Positions 31,874 to 43,032 of a DNA stretch of 64,000 bases are shown piece by piece. The DNA comes from an uncultured Phycisphaerales bacterium. Its GTDB lineage: Bacteria; Planctomycetota; Phycisphaerae; Tepidisphaerales; Tepidisphaeraceae. Within the stretch, counting starts at the first letter, position 1. Each line of letters starts with the position of its first letter. Both the position numbers and the translations under genes were made by a program. Location: contig CAVWLP010000002.1 of the NCBI GenBank assembly GCA_963755915.1, forward strand, positions 3,808,001 to 3,872,000, written 5' to 3'. The notes under the pieces were generated by a model, which had not been told where the DNA came from, searched no databases, and was given only the letters and a program-made list of their open reading frames with translations.

Positions 31874-32769
31874 GCGCGGCTTCGCCCACAGCTTTGATTC
31901 CGGAGGCCCCGCCCTCAGATGGCAGGCACGGGTTCTCGCTCGGTTCTCTCTGGACCCTATACACGCTTACCCTTCGCCAGCATCGTCACGGGAAGCGATG
32001 GATTGTGATGGCGATCCTGATGCTTCTTCCGGCCGCCCTGGCGATTCTCGTTCGCGCAACCGCCCGCGACGCGCCCAGCACTGTCCTGGAATTCCTGTTT
32101 GTCTTCATGTTCATCCCCCAGGCGCTCCTGCCCTTGGCGGCGCTCATTTATGCCTCGGGGATTATTCATGATGAGCTCGAAGAGCAGACTTTCACATATC
32201 TGCTGATCCGCCCGATCCCCAAGTGGGCCATCTACCTCGTAAAACTCCTGGCGACCGCCACTGTCGCGGTAATTCTCACCGCCATTTTCACCGCGCTGGC
32301 CTACGCGGCGATTTATCTCGGGGCCGATTCAAATGATCACAACATTCTCCTGCGTTGCGTGACCGCATGCTGCATTCACTCGCTGGCGGTCATCGCCTAT
32401 TGCTGTCTTTTCGGCCTGATTAGCCTCTTTACGGCGCGCATCCTGATCGTCGGCATCATTTACATCGCGGTGGTCGAAGGGCTTTTCGCCAACCTGGATT
32501 TCGGCATCCGGCTCCTGACCGTGATTTACTACACGCGCCTCATCGCCTATCACGCCATGCCGTTCCTCGTTCCGACCCCCTATGGCACGCAGGATTTCGC
32601 CGCCGAAACCTGGCAACTCGACATCGCCAACGATCCGAAACTGCTTCTGCATCCCCAGGTCATCACCTGCCTGATCGTGCTCCTCGCGGGGAGCGCAATA
32701 TGCGCGGCGATCGCCGCTTTCCTCTGCTCGCGACGCGAATTCCACATGAAAACGCCCGAGAAGACCTGA
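31870..32769 (+). CDS. ABC transporter permease
   Basis: DELEEQTFTYLLIRPIP, six TM segments. Confidence 0.85.
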   Translation: MSAASPTALIPEAPPSDGRHGFSLGSLWTLYTLTLRQHRHGKRWIVMAILMLLPAALAILVRATARDAPSTVLEFLFVFMFIPQALLPLAALIYASGIIHDELEEQTFTYLLIRPIPKWAIYLVKLLATATVAVILTAIFTALAYAAIYLGADSNDHNILLRCVTACCIHSLAVIAYCCLFGLISLFTARILIVGIIYIAVVEGLFANLDFGIRLLTVIYYTRLIAYHAMPFLVPTPYGTQDFAAETWQLDIANDPKLLLHPQVITCLIVLLAGSAICAAIAAFLCSRREFHMKTPEKT

Positions 32770-32883
32770 GAGCGTCTGGCAAAATTGTTCGTGGCGTTCG
32801 AGGTTTTCAGCATTGCTTAAATCATGGCTTTGCGCAGAATCTGAATTCAGATGATTAATAAACCCAAAGGGAGGCCTACTGGC

Positions 32884-33654
32884 ATGAGTGCGAGAACTTT
32901 CTGCTGCGGCGTCCTGGCGCTGCTGATCGGAAGCGCCGCGGCGCTGGCCGATGCGCCCCCGGCGACTCAGCCTTCGATCGATCCGCTCGCGGATCAGATC
33001 CTTCATCAGTCGTGCGATTTCCTGGCGCAAACGCCCGCGTTTTCCGTCCACGCCGAGGTCTGGAAAGACATCGTGCTCCCCTCGGGGCACAAGATCCAGG
33101 TCACGCGGTCCATCGATCTCGACCTTCGCCGCCCCGACCGCCTTCACGTCGACGCCCGCGCCCACCGCAAGGGGCGCTCGATCTGGTATGACGGCAAAAC
33201 GCTCACCGTCCTGGATCGCGAGAAGAACCTTTATGGCACGGTCGATGCTCCTGCGACCATCGACGCCACGCTCGACTTTGCCGCGGAAAATTACGGCGTG
33301 ACCATCCCGCTCGAAGACCTGGCCGTTTCCGACCCCTATGGCAGCGCCATCAAGACCGTCACCGACGGCGGATATTTCGGCGATGAGATGGTGCTCGGCA
33401 CGCCCTGCCGCCATATCGGATTCTCCACCGACAAAATCGATTGGCAACTCTGGGTTGCCGATGGTCCCCAGCCCCTCCCGCAGAAACTGGTGATCAGTTA
33501 CAAAACCGAAGACCAGGATCCGCAGTACATCGCGATTTTTTCGAAATGGAATTTAACCGGCCGGGCTTCGGACCTGGCCTTTCAATTCATCCCGCCGCCG
33601 GGCAGCGCCTCCATTCCGCTGGCGCGGCAGGGGGAGGGAGCACAACAGCCATGA
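32884..33654 (+). CDS. DUF2092 (LolA-like) periplasmic protein
   Basis: Signal peptide, RRPDRL, YDGKTLT, DWQLWV..G..PLP.KLVI. Confidence 0.85.
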   Translation: MSARTFCCGVLALLIGSAAALADAPPATQPSIDPLADQILHQSCDFLAQTPAFSVHAEVWKDIVLPSGHKIQVTRSIDLDLRRPDRLHVDARAHRKGRSIWYDGKTLTVLDREKNLYGTVDAPATIDATLDFAAENYGVTIPLEDLAVSDPYGSAIKTVTDGGYFGDEMVLGTPCRHIGFSTDKIDWQLWVADGPQPLPQKLVISYKTEDQDPQYIAIFSKWNLTGRASDLAFQFIPPPGSASIPLARQGEGAQQP

Positions 33655-34360
33655 AATCAAAATTTGTTCACGGCCTGGCTTTTTGCGTCGCAATGAGTTT
33701 GTCATCGGTGGCGGTCAATGCAGACCGGGGCGGCGGGAGCATTCGCGCCGCCGCTCGTCCTGAGCCGCCGCCGCAGGCGCCGAAAGGCCGCCGGCGCGAG
33801 CCCCGGAACATGCTGAGGCGCCGCACCCAGCGCCGCCGGATTACCACGCCCCGCCCCCGCGTCCGGGCCCTGCGCCGCGGCCGGACTGGGACGATCGCGA
33901 TGATGACGGAGGTCACTTCGGTGGATACGGCCGCGGTGTGCCGGTCCACGTCTACCGCGGGCAGCGCTTTCCGGCGCTTCCGCCTGCCTACGTCTCCATC
34001 ACCTTCAACAGTCAGCCCTATTTTTATGGCGACGACGGCGCGTATTACCAGGCCCAGAGCGACGGACAATACCTGGTGGTTCAGCCGCCGGTAGGCGCGG
34101 TCGTTCCGTCGCAACCGCCGGGCGCGGTGGCGATCGCAGTCGGGCCGACAACTTACTATTACTTCGACGGCGTGTTTTACGTCGCGTCGGACAGTTCCTT
34201 TGCCGTGGTAAATCCACCGCCCGGAATCGTCGTTCCTGCGCTGCCGTCGGATGCGACCCAGGTGGTGATCAACGGATCGGTGGCGTTTCAGTTCAACGGC
34301 TTCAACTACACCCCGTCGATTCAGGATGGAGTGACCGTGTATACCGTGACGCCGATGTGA
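33651..34360 (+). CDS. DUF6515-like secreted protein (frameshifted)
   Basis: Signal peptide followed by repeated YY..G.YY...Y.VV.PP.G..V..LP units. Confidence 0.7.
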
Positions 34361-34398
34361 ATGGGGCGGAGCTGGACCGATAATATCAGGGCCGGGTC

Positions 34399-35313
34399 TT
34401 GCTAACCTTCGCGCAATCAGAACGCCCGCGGGTTCTGGTCGATAGCGACGGTGTGTCCGCCCTGGTGGTCATCATCGCGACATCCGGCCGACCTGATCTC
34501 CTGACGCGGACGCTCGAATCGCTGGGCAAATGCACTCTGCCGCCCGGCTTCGCCGAGACGATCGTCGTCGAAAATGGTCCGGCGTCGGGTGCGAAGCAGG
34601 TTGTGGAATCAGGCCCGCCGGTCCTTAATCTGCGCTATCTCTATTTAGCCCATGGCAACAAAAGCGCCGCCCTGAACGCGGCCTTGGAGACGCTTGGGGA
34701 TTGCCTGATTGTTTTTACCGATGACGACGTGCGGGTAAATGCCGCTGTGTTGACGGCCTATGCCGAGGCGGCGGACGTGCGCGGTCCGGGACATTTTTTC
34801 GGCGGGCCCGTCGGGGCGGATTACGATCTTCCCCCGCCGTCGTGGCTTCTAAATTATTTGCCCAAATCGGCCACGGGGTGGGAGGCCTCCCCGGAGAATT
34901 TCTCCGAAGCATCCCACGAATTTCTCGGCTTCAACTGGGCGGCGTTTTCGTGCGATGTGCGCGAGGCCGGTGGATTCAATCCCAGTCGCGGTCCGGGCGC
35001 CCCGTCGGGAAGCACCGGGCAGGAGAGCGATATGCAGCGGCGTCTCGTCAGCCGGGGCATTCGCAGCGTCTATGTGCCGGCGGCGCGCGTCTGGCATTAT
35101 GTGCCGCCTGATCGTTGCTCGCCGCAGTGGGCGATTGAGCGCGCGTATCGACATGGCGTGGAAGAAGGAACGAAGTCGGCGCATTTGAAATCGCGTTTTC
35201 CGGGGCTTTTGCCGCGGCGCGTGGTGCGGCGAAGGCTGGTGGGCGTGGCGAAATCGATTCTGTGGCTTATGTGTCCGCACGCGACGGTGAGGTTCCGGCG
35301 CGCTACCGGTTGA
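34399..35313 (+). CDS. Glycosyltransferase family 2
   Basis: VIIAT..R, IVVEN, KSAALN, FTDDD, GGF. Confidence 0.85.
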   Translation: MLTFAQSERPRVLVDSDGVSALVVIIATSGRPDLLTRTLESLGKCTLPPGFAETIVVENGPASGAKQVVESGPPVLNLRYLYLAHGNKSAALNAALETLGDCLIVFTDDDVRVNAAVLTAYAEAADVRGPGHFFGGPVGADYDLPPPSWLLNYLPKSATGWEASPENFSEASHEFLGFNWAAFSCDVREAGGFNPSRGPGAPSGSTGQESDMQRRLVSRGIRSVYVPAARVWHYVPPDRCSPQWAIERAYRHGVEEGTKSAHLKSRFPGLLPRRVVRRRLVGVAKSILWLMCPHATVRFRRATG

Positions 35314-35391
35314 GTTTTGATCGCGGACTCGTGCAAGGCTGGCGGCATCAGACCGGGGCGAAACAGGCACGACCGCTGTAAAATCAATTCG

Positions 35392-36635
35392 ATGAGCACA
35401 GATCGCCGCAATTGGGCGGGAAACTATAGTTACGGCGCCGCGTCGTTTGCCATTCCCGAAAATGTGAGGCAAGTGCGCGAGGCGGTTGGCAGTGCCACCA
35501 AGGCGCGGGCGCTGGGGACGCGGCATAGCTTCAATTCGATTGCCGACACAACCGGCGTACAAATCTCGCTGGAAAAGCTCGACAGAATCATCGGCATCGA
35601 TTCGCGCGATGACGGTGACCGCGGAGGCGGGCGCGGTATGGCCGGCTGGGGCAGTTCCTGCACGAGCGCGGGTATGCGCTGCAGAATCTCGCCTCGCTGC
35701 CGCATATTTCCATCGCCGGGGCCTGCGCGACGGGGACGCATGGGTCGGGGGATGGGAATGGAAATCTCGCGACGGCCGTCGTGGGGATGGAGATCGTAAC
35801 CGCGGACGGTAGGATCGTTTCTGTTTCGCGCCAAGATCCAGAGTTCAGCGGAATGGTTGTCCATCTCGGGGCATTGGGGATCGTCACCAAATTGACGCTG
35901 AAGATTGTGCCGACGTTTGAGATTCGGCAGATCGTTTATGAAAACCTTCCGGTGGCTGATCTGGAACGGCATTTTGAAGAGATCTTTTCCAGCGGGCACA
36001 GCGTCAGCCTCTTCACCAACTGGCAGGGGGGCGTGGTCCGGCAGGTGTGGCGGAAATGTCTTTTGGGCGGGGAGATGCCGGAGAAATTCTTTGGGGCAAT
36101 GCTGGTGCCGGTCGATCGCCATCCGATCGCCGGGTTGTCCGCGGAGAATTGCACGGTGCAGGGCGGCGCACCGGGTCCGTGGCACGAGCGGCTGCCGCAT
36201 TTTCGGATGGATTTCACGCCCAGCAGCGGGGAGGAATTGCAGAGCGAATATTTTGTGCCGCGCGAGCGGGGGGTCGAGGCGATTCGCGCCGTGGGGGAGC
36301 TGCGCGATCAGATTACGCCGCACCTGCTAGTTTCGGAGCTGCGGACGATCGCCGCCGACGAGCTTTGGATGAGCCCGTGCTTTGGGCGGGCGAGCCTGGG
36401 GATTCATTTCACCTGGAAACAGGATTGGCCGGCAGTGCGGAAGGTTTTGGCTTTGATCGAGCGGAAGCTCGAGCCGTTTGAGGCGCGGCCGCATTGGGGG
36501 AAATTATTTTTGATGGAGCGGGAGCGGATTGAAAAGCTTTATCCGAAATTCGGGGAGTTTCGGAAGCTGGTGAACAAATTTGATCGGGCGGGGAAATTCA
36601 GGAACGAGTTTTTGGATCAATTTCTGCTGGCGTGA
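35392..36635 (+). CDS. FAD-linked alditol/xylitol oxidase family protein (frameshifts ~35600-35650)
   Basis: NWAGN, LGTRHSFN.IADT, HLGALG, ELQSEYFVP, RPHWGKLF. Confidence 0.88.
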
Positions 36636-36664
36636 AATGATTTTTGGTTTCTTGCCCCTTCAAT

Positions 36665-36712
36665 ACAAAATTGGACAGTCCGCAACAAAATGGGGGGAAT
36701 GGGTAATATGGG
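36665..36712 (+). repeat. 48-bp dispersed motif Q, copy 3
   Basis: ACAAAA-TTGG-ACAGTCCGCAACAA-AA-TGGG-GGGAA-TGGG-TAATA-TGGG. Confidence 0.8.
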
Positions 36713-36775
36713 AAAGGCCAAAAGGGGGCTTTGGTCGTTTTGTGGGCACGTTCGAAGATTAATATCGTCGCGGTT

Positions 36776-39700
36776 TCACTTCGCCCGCTTTCGGTTCATG
36801 CGCAGCAGGTTGGCCAGGACCAGCCCGTCAACCCGCGCCCGCTCGCCGGCGAGAGGATGATTGTCGGCCAGTTTTTGTCCTGCCCCGGTGTCGATCCAGA
36901 CACCGGCCCAGTCCTCATTCCATTTCCCCTCGGGGTCGACGGCCGCATAGGCGGCCAGCACCGAGCGGTCGAGCGTCTCGTGGGCGAGCTTCAGCCAGGT
37001 CGGCCGCTCATTGTAGAGGTTCGTCAGCGTGCGCTTTTTCAGCCGCTCGTCTTTCGCCGCCGCGGCCATGATCGCCGATTGACGGATTAGCGGGCGGGCC
37101 TCGGATGGGACGTCGAGGAAGTTGTCGGCTTCGTCGATTCTCGCGGCAATCGGATCGATCCACTCCGGTGGATTCAGTCACCGCTCCCGCCGCTCGTTCA
37201 ATTCTTTTGCCGCTGCCGCAATACGTTTGTATGCGGGGTGCTTCACGTCTTCCTTGCCGGGGGGCCAGGGGAGGGGGAAGGTTTCAAAGCAGGTTGTGGG
37301 GGTGTAGCGGAATCCCGATTCGGCTTCGCGGAGCTGGGTTCCCGTGCGACGGGCCCACAACTCGTGAATGGATCCATCCAGCGCACCAAAAAAGTAATCA
37401 TCTTGTCGTGCGAATACGACCAATTGGTGGTCGGGCAGAACGTCGTGTTTTAGCCATACGAATAGTCGGTATTTCGTGAGAATCGGGGTTGCAAGATACC
37501 GACTTAGGGGACTCAGCGCCGAACGCATCGCCGGGCGAGGCCTCTCGTGGATCCACCATGCTTTTCTTTTATGGGCATACTGCGGTGCAATTTCCTTTTG
37601 GACGTAGGCAAAGGCGGCATCATAAGAGGCGGCCATTTCAAGATTGGTGTTAGGCGGGAAATCTATGATCCAGTTTAATTTTGACCGCTGGGTGACGTCC
37701 TGACCGTTGGCCCACGGCCTGCACACGTCACTCGTGCAGCGTCCGGAGGAGTTTGGTATTGAAAGAATATTGCGCGCCGTTTGCCAGGTGATCTCGAACG
37801 CCGCGCCTTTTTTGTCGGCCTCATGTTGGATGTCCTCCATCTCGTGAAGCTTGATCGCTTCTCCAATCGCAACTCCAGAACTAAGGTTTGCGTGTATTGT
37901 GGGGACGGATCTGCCATCCAAGACTTTGTCGGTTTGCACGCCTGAATCGAAACCCACGATCGAAACGTGTACTGCTGCACCTTCAAGGGTCCAATCATGA
38001 TCAGACCAAGCCAAAAAGATGTCGCCGATTTCTTTTATCCGTTTTAGCACTTCGCGATTCGCGCCTCCGCGAATGCCCTGAGTTGCGAGCAAGCCGACCC
38101 GAAGCGCTGGTGCGTCGGCCAATTTTCGCCGCGCAATCTCAAACCAGTAGCAGCAAAGATCGCTGAAGCGCGGTAGGTCGTGGGCGGTAAACAATGACGC
38201 CAGGTATGCGTCACCCAATTCGCGCCGGATGAAATTGCCCCCAAGAAACGGTGGATTGCCCACGATGAAATCAGCTTCGGGCCATGAGGCGGCCACGGGA
38301 AGCTTTGTTGGTGCGAGTTCTTTGATGGGCTTTTTGGGCTTCTTCGGCGTTCTCCCCCCACTCTTGCCCTCCCCCGGAGTACCAGGGGAGGGGGCGAAAT
38401 CGAGGATGGCGTCGCGGTTTTCGATGCATTGGAGTGTGTCGAGGATAGGGCGGCGGCGATCGTCGATGTTGTGCTCGTGCAGCCATTGGAGGTAGCCGAT
38501 CCAGATGACGACCTGTGCAAGTTCGGCGGCGTACGGATTGATCTCGATGCCGTGCATCTGTGTAGGGCGCACCTTCGGCACGGAGTCGATGTGGATGTCG
38601 TGGGTCGCGCAAAACCGGACGACTTCGTCTTCCAGGTCGAGAAGCCGCTGGAGTGTCACGTACAGGAAATTGCCTGAGCCGCAGGCGGGATCGAGCACGC
38701 GGATTTTGGCCAGCCGGCGGCGGAATTCCTCGATGGCGAGGATAATTGGGGCGGCCAGAATTCCGCGCTCTTTTCGTTCCGGCTCGGCATCGTGTTTCGC
38801 CAAGTCGGCGCCGATTTTCTTCTTGAGCGCGTCCCACTCGCGGAGCAGCGGCATCATGACAACGGGATCGACGACGAGCAGAATATCCTCTTTTCTGGTG
38901 TAGTGAGCGCCGATCTGGGCGCGCTTCTTGGGGTCGAGAATTCGCTCAAACAAGGTGCCGAAGATGGTGGGCTCTACACCCGCCCACGGCTTTTCGGCCA
39001 CGCGGCGCAGCGTGCGAAGTTCGGCATCGGTCAAAGCCAGTGGCGGCTTTTCATCAAAGAGACCGCCGTTGAACGCGTCGATTTTGTCGCTTCCATACCT
39101 TCCGCCCGCTTTCATCTGCTCGAAAAGCTGTGCCAGCGACGGCTGGAAGTTTTCAGGCTCAAAGAGGCAACTGTCGATCAGCTTCGTGAAGAGCTTGGGC
39201 GGAAGCAGCCCCACGTCTTCCGCAAAGAGACAAAACATGACCTTCATCAGGAAGTGCGCGACGGGATCGCCCGGCGCGGTCCAGAGCGACATGTCATCGT
39301 CGATGTGCCGCTGGATCAGCGCGTTCGCCACATCGGCAAAGACGTTGGCTATTTCCTTGGTGAGCTGCTCCCGGTTGCTCAGTGGGCGAAGGGATTCGGG
39401 ATTGCGGAATATCTGCTGAAAGAATTTGATCTTACCGGGAAACTCCTCGAGGAAGATTTCCCAAACCTGCGTCGGATACCCCGGAAAATGGGATCGGATG
39501 ACGAACTTCTCGATGTCACAGACGATCGACAGCGGCGGATTATCCAGCGCGTCGCGATATTGATAGACCTGCCGGTAGGCTTCCTCCAGATTCTGGCCCC
39601 TGCGTTTATACTCCCAGGCAAAGCACCCACGCTTCCACACATCCACATAACCACGCTCGCCCTTGGAGCCCTTGGAAGCGGGGGCGACTACTTTGACATT

Positions 39701-39853
39701 TTTCTCGTAGCAGTAGTTTTCGCCGGTAGGATCGGCGTCCGTGGGTGTCGGCTCGCCGATAACCGCACAGAGATCGTTAAAGTGATCGTGCGAGAAAGCG
39801 CGCTCGGAAAGTTCAACGCCGGACCATTTGCTTACGAATTGTTCGGCGGTCAT
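36776..39853 (-). CDS. MmeI-like (Type IIL/IIG) fused restriction endonuclease-adenine methyltransferase, frameshift ~37180
   Basis: N-terminal YVDVWKRGCFAWEYK (PD-ExK-like), FNGGLF, GAHYT, VLDPACGSGNFL, GNPPF, YTPTTCFETFP, C-terminal RTLTNLYNERPTWL..AH..LD. Confidence 0.88.
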
Positions 39854-39990
39854 CGGCGCCCGGTCTCCGCGAGGTGCATGGGCAGGAATGTTACCAACCT
39901 GAATTCAATACCGAAAATGCGTTGACGGCTTGGATCATTTATGGGAACCGGAAGAATTGGTACGATTGCCCTGCTAGCTCCATCAATGAA

Positions 39991-40380
39991 ATGAAGCACG
40001 ACGATCAAACCGAAGAGAATTTTGAGCGTCGAATGACGGAAGCGTTGGTTGCAGCCGACGTAGCCTGTGTGTTGACGTTCGCGTTCATGGACAGATTGAG
40101 CGGCCCTGGGAAAACATCGCTTTGTCTATTTTCAATTGCGATACCGATCCTGGTTTGTGCACGACTCGACAGGGCGCGGCTTATTCCCGGAGAACCATAT
40201 CTCGGGAAGGCTCGAACCGTATTGGAGCCCATTGCGTGGGGGCTATCAGGAATCGCTTTCGGCGCGTTAATTACCGGCATCCTTCTTCCAGCAGGCGCAT
40301 GCTTCGCGATCACGTTAATCGCCATAATTTGCAGCCGGTACAAATATTTCCGTATCAAGAAAAAGAAAAAGTCACACTAA
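39991..40380 (+). CDS. Small multi-TM hypothetical protein
   Basis: 3-4 hydrophobic segments, basic tail, lower GC than flanks. Confidence 0.55.
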   Translation: MKHDDQTEENFERRMTEALVAADVACVLTFAFMDRLSGPGKTSLCLFSIAIPILVCARLDRARLIPGEPYLGKARTVLEPIAWGLSGIAFGALITGILLPAGACFAITLIAIICSRYKYFRIKKKKKSH

Positions 40381-40440
40381 CGCACTACCCGCACAGGGTG
40401 AGAATCGCTGGTATGCCAGGACCTCGGTACAATCTGATTC

Positions 40441-41126
40441 ATGCGGCGTCGCGCCCAGCTTGTGAGTCAGATGCTCGAAAACATCGACCGCAAGGCTTTA
40501 GAGGAATACCAACACCTGATTAAGCGCTACGTACAGCACCGTGACGGCGTCTATGCCCTTTACCGGGGCGATAAGCTTTATTATGTCGGGCTTGCGAAAA
40601 ACCTCCGAAATCGGCTTAAAGCGCACCTGAAAAATCACCACCGGGATTCGTGGGACCGATTTTCCGTCTATTTGACGATCGGCTCCAGCTTTGTGAAGGA
40701 GATGGAGTCGCTTCTCATGCGAATCCTTCAGCCGCCGGGCAACAAGCAAAGCGGCAAATTCTCGAATTGCCAGAATCTTGAGCGCACTTTCCGACGGGAC
40801 ATAAGGACGGAACAGCGCGAAACGCTTGACGAAATCTTTGGCCGCATACGCGCAAACGGACAGCTTGAGGAAGGCGCGGGCAAACGGGGGCCGGTATTGG
40901 CTAACTTTATCGATCGAGCGCTTGTATTGGCGCCACCCATAAGGGAAAGAAGCTACAGGCGCGGGTTCGGCGAAACGGCACGATTCGCTTTAAGAAACGG
41001 GTCTTTAACTCGCCATCGCTCGCCGCGAGCACAGCCGTCGGGCATCCGATCAACGGATGGTGGTTTTGGAAATATGAGCGAGCACCAAGAGATTGGGTTC
41101 GGTTGCGTGAACTGCGGAAAAAGTAA
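40441..41126 (+). CDS. GIY-YIG nuclease with C-terminal RAMA/DUF4357-like domain (frameshift ~40930)
   Basis: GVYALY...LYYVGLAKNLRNRL..H, E...N. Shifted frame reads HKGKKLQARVRRNGTIRF...FNSPSLAA...INGWWFWKY to TAA 41126. Confidence 0.78.
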
Positions 41127-41344
41127 TCGAGGCCCGGGCTAACGGGTCATAAAGGGTCGCCTCCCGAACTGGCCACTTCCATCGCCGCTCATGGAACATG
41201 CTCTGCCGCCAGGCGCTGCGACACGGACCGGGCTTCCCTCCTCGAGCCTGACCGTCAGCGTCCCGGCGCCTCAGCGCGAAACCTCTGGTCTTCATAATTA
41301 TTCAGTTGCAGTCAATTAGGGTACAAAATCGGCAGATGCCGTAC

Positions 41345-41392
41345 CCCAGGTTACCCATCTTACCCAGCTTGTTGCGGACTGTTACCTTTTGT
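41345..41392 (-). repeat. 48-bp dispersed motif Q, copy 4
   Basis: Minus strand ACAAAA-GGTA-ACAGTCCGCAACAA-GC-TGGG-TAAGA-TGGG-TAACC-TGGG. Confidence 0.8.
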
Positions 41393-41408
41393 ACCCGATG
41401 CCCGGCGA

Positions 41409-41449
41409 CTGCGCGAGAAAGTGGAGCAGTAGAAAGTAGAGCAGTAGAC
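41409..41449 (-). repeat. Heptamer-based repeat, 39/41 identical to 14442-14482
   Basis: Reverse complement GTCTACTGCTCTACTTTCTACTGCTCCACTTTCTCGCGCAG. Confidence 0.85.
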
Positions 41450-41579
41450 CGGAAAGAAGCGCGCGGCACCGGCGGAGCGCGCGAGCTGCACGCCTCTATC
41501 GCTCGGAACAATCTCACTGCTGCGGCGCCGTCGCCGACCTGGTGTCGCCGCAGACCCTGACGAGTTATGATTCCGCCCG

Positions 41580-43024
41580 ATGCGCCCTGCGGTATCGGCT
41601 TTCGCCTGCGTTATGGCTCTCTTGCTAAGCGCTGCGCGGTGGGCCCGAATTACCAGAAGCCGAACATTGCGGTTCAGGAGGGATGGCAGGCCGCTCCGGC
41701 CAGCCAGCCGAGCGTCATAATGAACGACCCACCGCCGCTGGCGTGGTGGAGCACGATGAAGGATCCGACGCTGGATTGGCTCGTGCACGAAGCGTGGCGC
41801 GGAAACCTCGATGTGCGAATAGCCAAATCGCGGATTCGCCAGGCGCGGGCGCTGCGCTCGGTCGCGGCTTCCTCGCTGTTTCCGGATGCGAATGTGGGTT
41901 CTGCCTATGGGTTCTACCGCAGCGAAGGGCCGCTCTTTCCGCTGGAGACGGGGGACTATACATTTGAATCGGCCGGGTTTGACGCGGCTTGGGAGCTGGA
42001 TGCATTCGGCGGAATTCGCCGCGGCATCGAGGCCGCCCAGGCCGATCTCGAGGCCCAGGTCGAGGCGGCGTGCGGCGTGCTCATGACGACCGTTTCCGAG
42101 GTTGCCCGAAATTACATCGAGCTTCGAACCGCCCAGGAGCGCACGGTCATTGCGCTGCAGAACGTGCAGACGGAAAAACAGACGCTTGCACTTGCCCAGC
42201 GGCTCTACGGCGCCGGGCTGGTTTCGCAGCTCGATGTGATGCAGGCGATGGCGCAGTTGACCACCACCGAGGCGGAGTTGCCGGTGCTGAAGATCCAGGA
42301 GCAGTCCGCGATTCATCAGCTTGGGATTCTGCTGGGCGAATCGCCGACGGATTTGCTGGGAGAACTCTCGCATATGGGCCCGGTTCCTCCGCCGCCCATG
42401 CGCGTGCCGATCGGGCTTCCTTCCGACATTCTTCGCCGCCGGCCGGATGTGGTCCAGGTCGAGAGGCAGCTTGCGTCGGCGACGGCGCAGATCGGCGTCG
42501 CCGAGGCCGAACTCTTTCCGCAGTTCACGCTCACCGGCGATTTTGGCCTCGGCGTGGTTCCGCCGGGCGATTTCTTTAACTGGTCGAATCGTTATATCGG
42601 TGTTGGACCCGCGGTGCGCTGGGAAATATTTGATGGCGGGCGGATTCTGGCAAACGTGGATGCTCACAAAGCCATCCGTCAGGAATTGCTGGATCAATAT
42701 AAGCTGACGATTCTGACCGCCATCGGGGAAGTTGAGGATGCCCTTGTCGCCTTCCAGCGGCAGCAGGATCAGTACGATTTCCTGCGGCAATCAGTCGATT
42801 CAGACCAGGCCTCGCTGAGAATTTCAACGGAGCAGTATTCCGAGGGAACCGTCGGCTTTCTTTCGGTTCTGGATTCGCAGCGATCGCTGCTGGTGTCTCA
42901 GGATGCTCTGGCAGTTACGAAGGGGAATATCGACCTGAGCATGATCGCCCTCTACAAGGCCGTCGGCGGCGGGTGGGAGTCGTTCGATCAAGCCGCCAAA
43001 TCGAACGTCGTCGCGAGAAAATGA
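41580..43024 (+). CDS. Efflux outer-membrane factor lipoprotein (NodT/OprM family)
   Basis: CAVGPNY, WWSTMKDPTL, WELDAFG, PSDILRRRPDV, LYKAVGGGW. Signal peptide MRPAVSAFACVMALLLS lies in a shifted frame from ATG 41580. Confidence 0.9.
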
Positions 43025-43032
43025 ATCGTCTT

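Noticed and set aside
5071-41392. Repeats as a CRISPR array
   Set aside because: Copies are dispersed kilobases apart, with no repeat-spacer periodicity and no cas genes.
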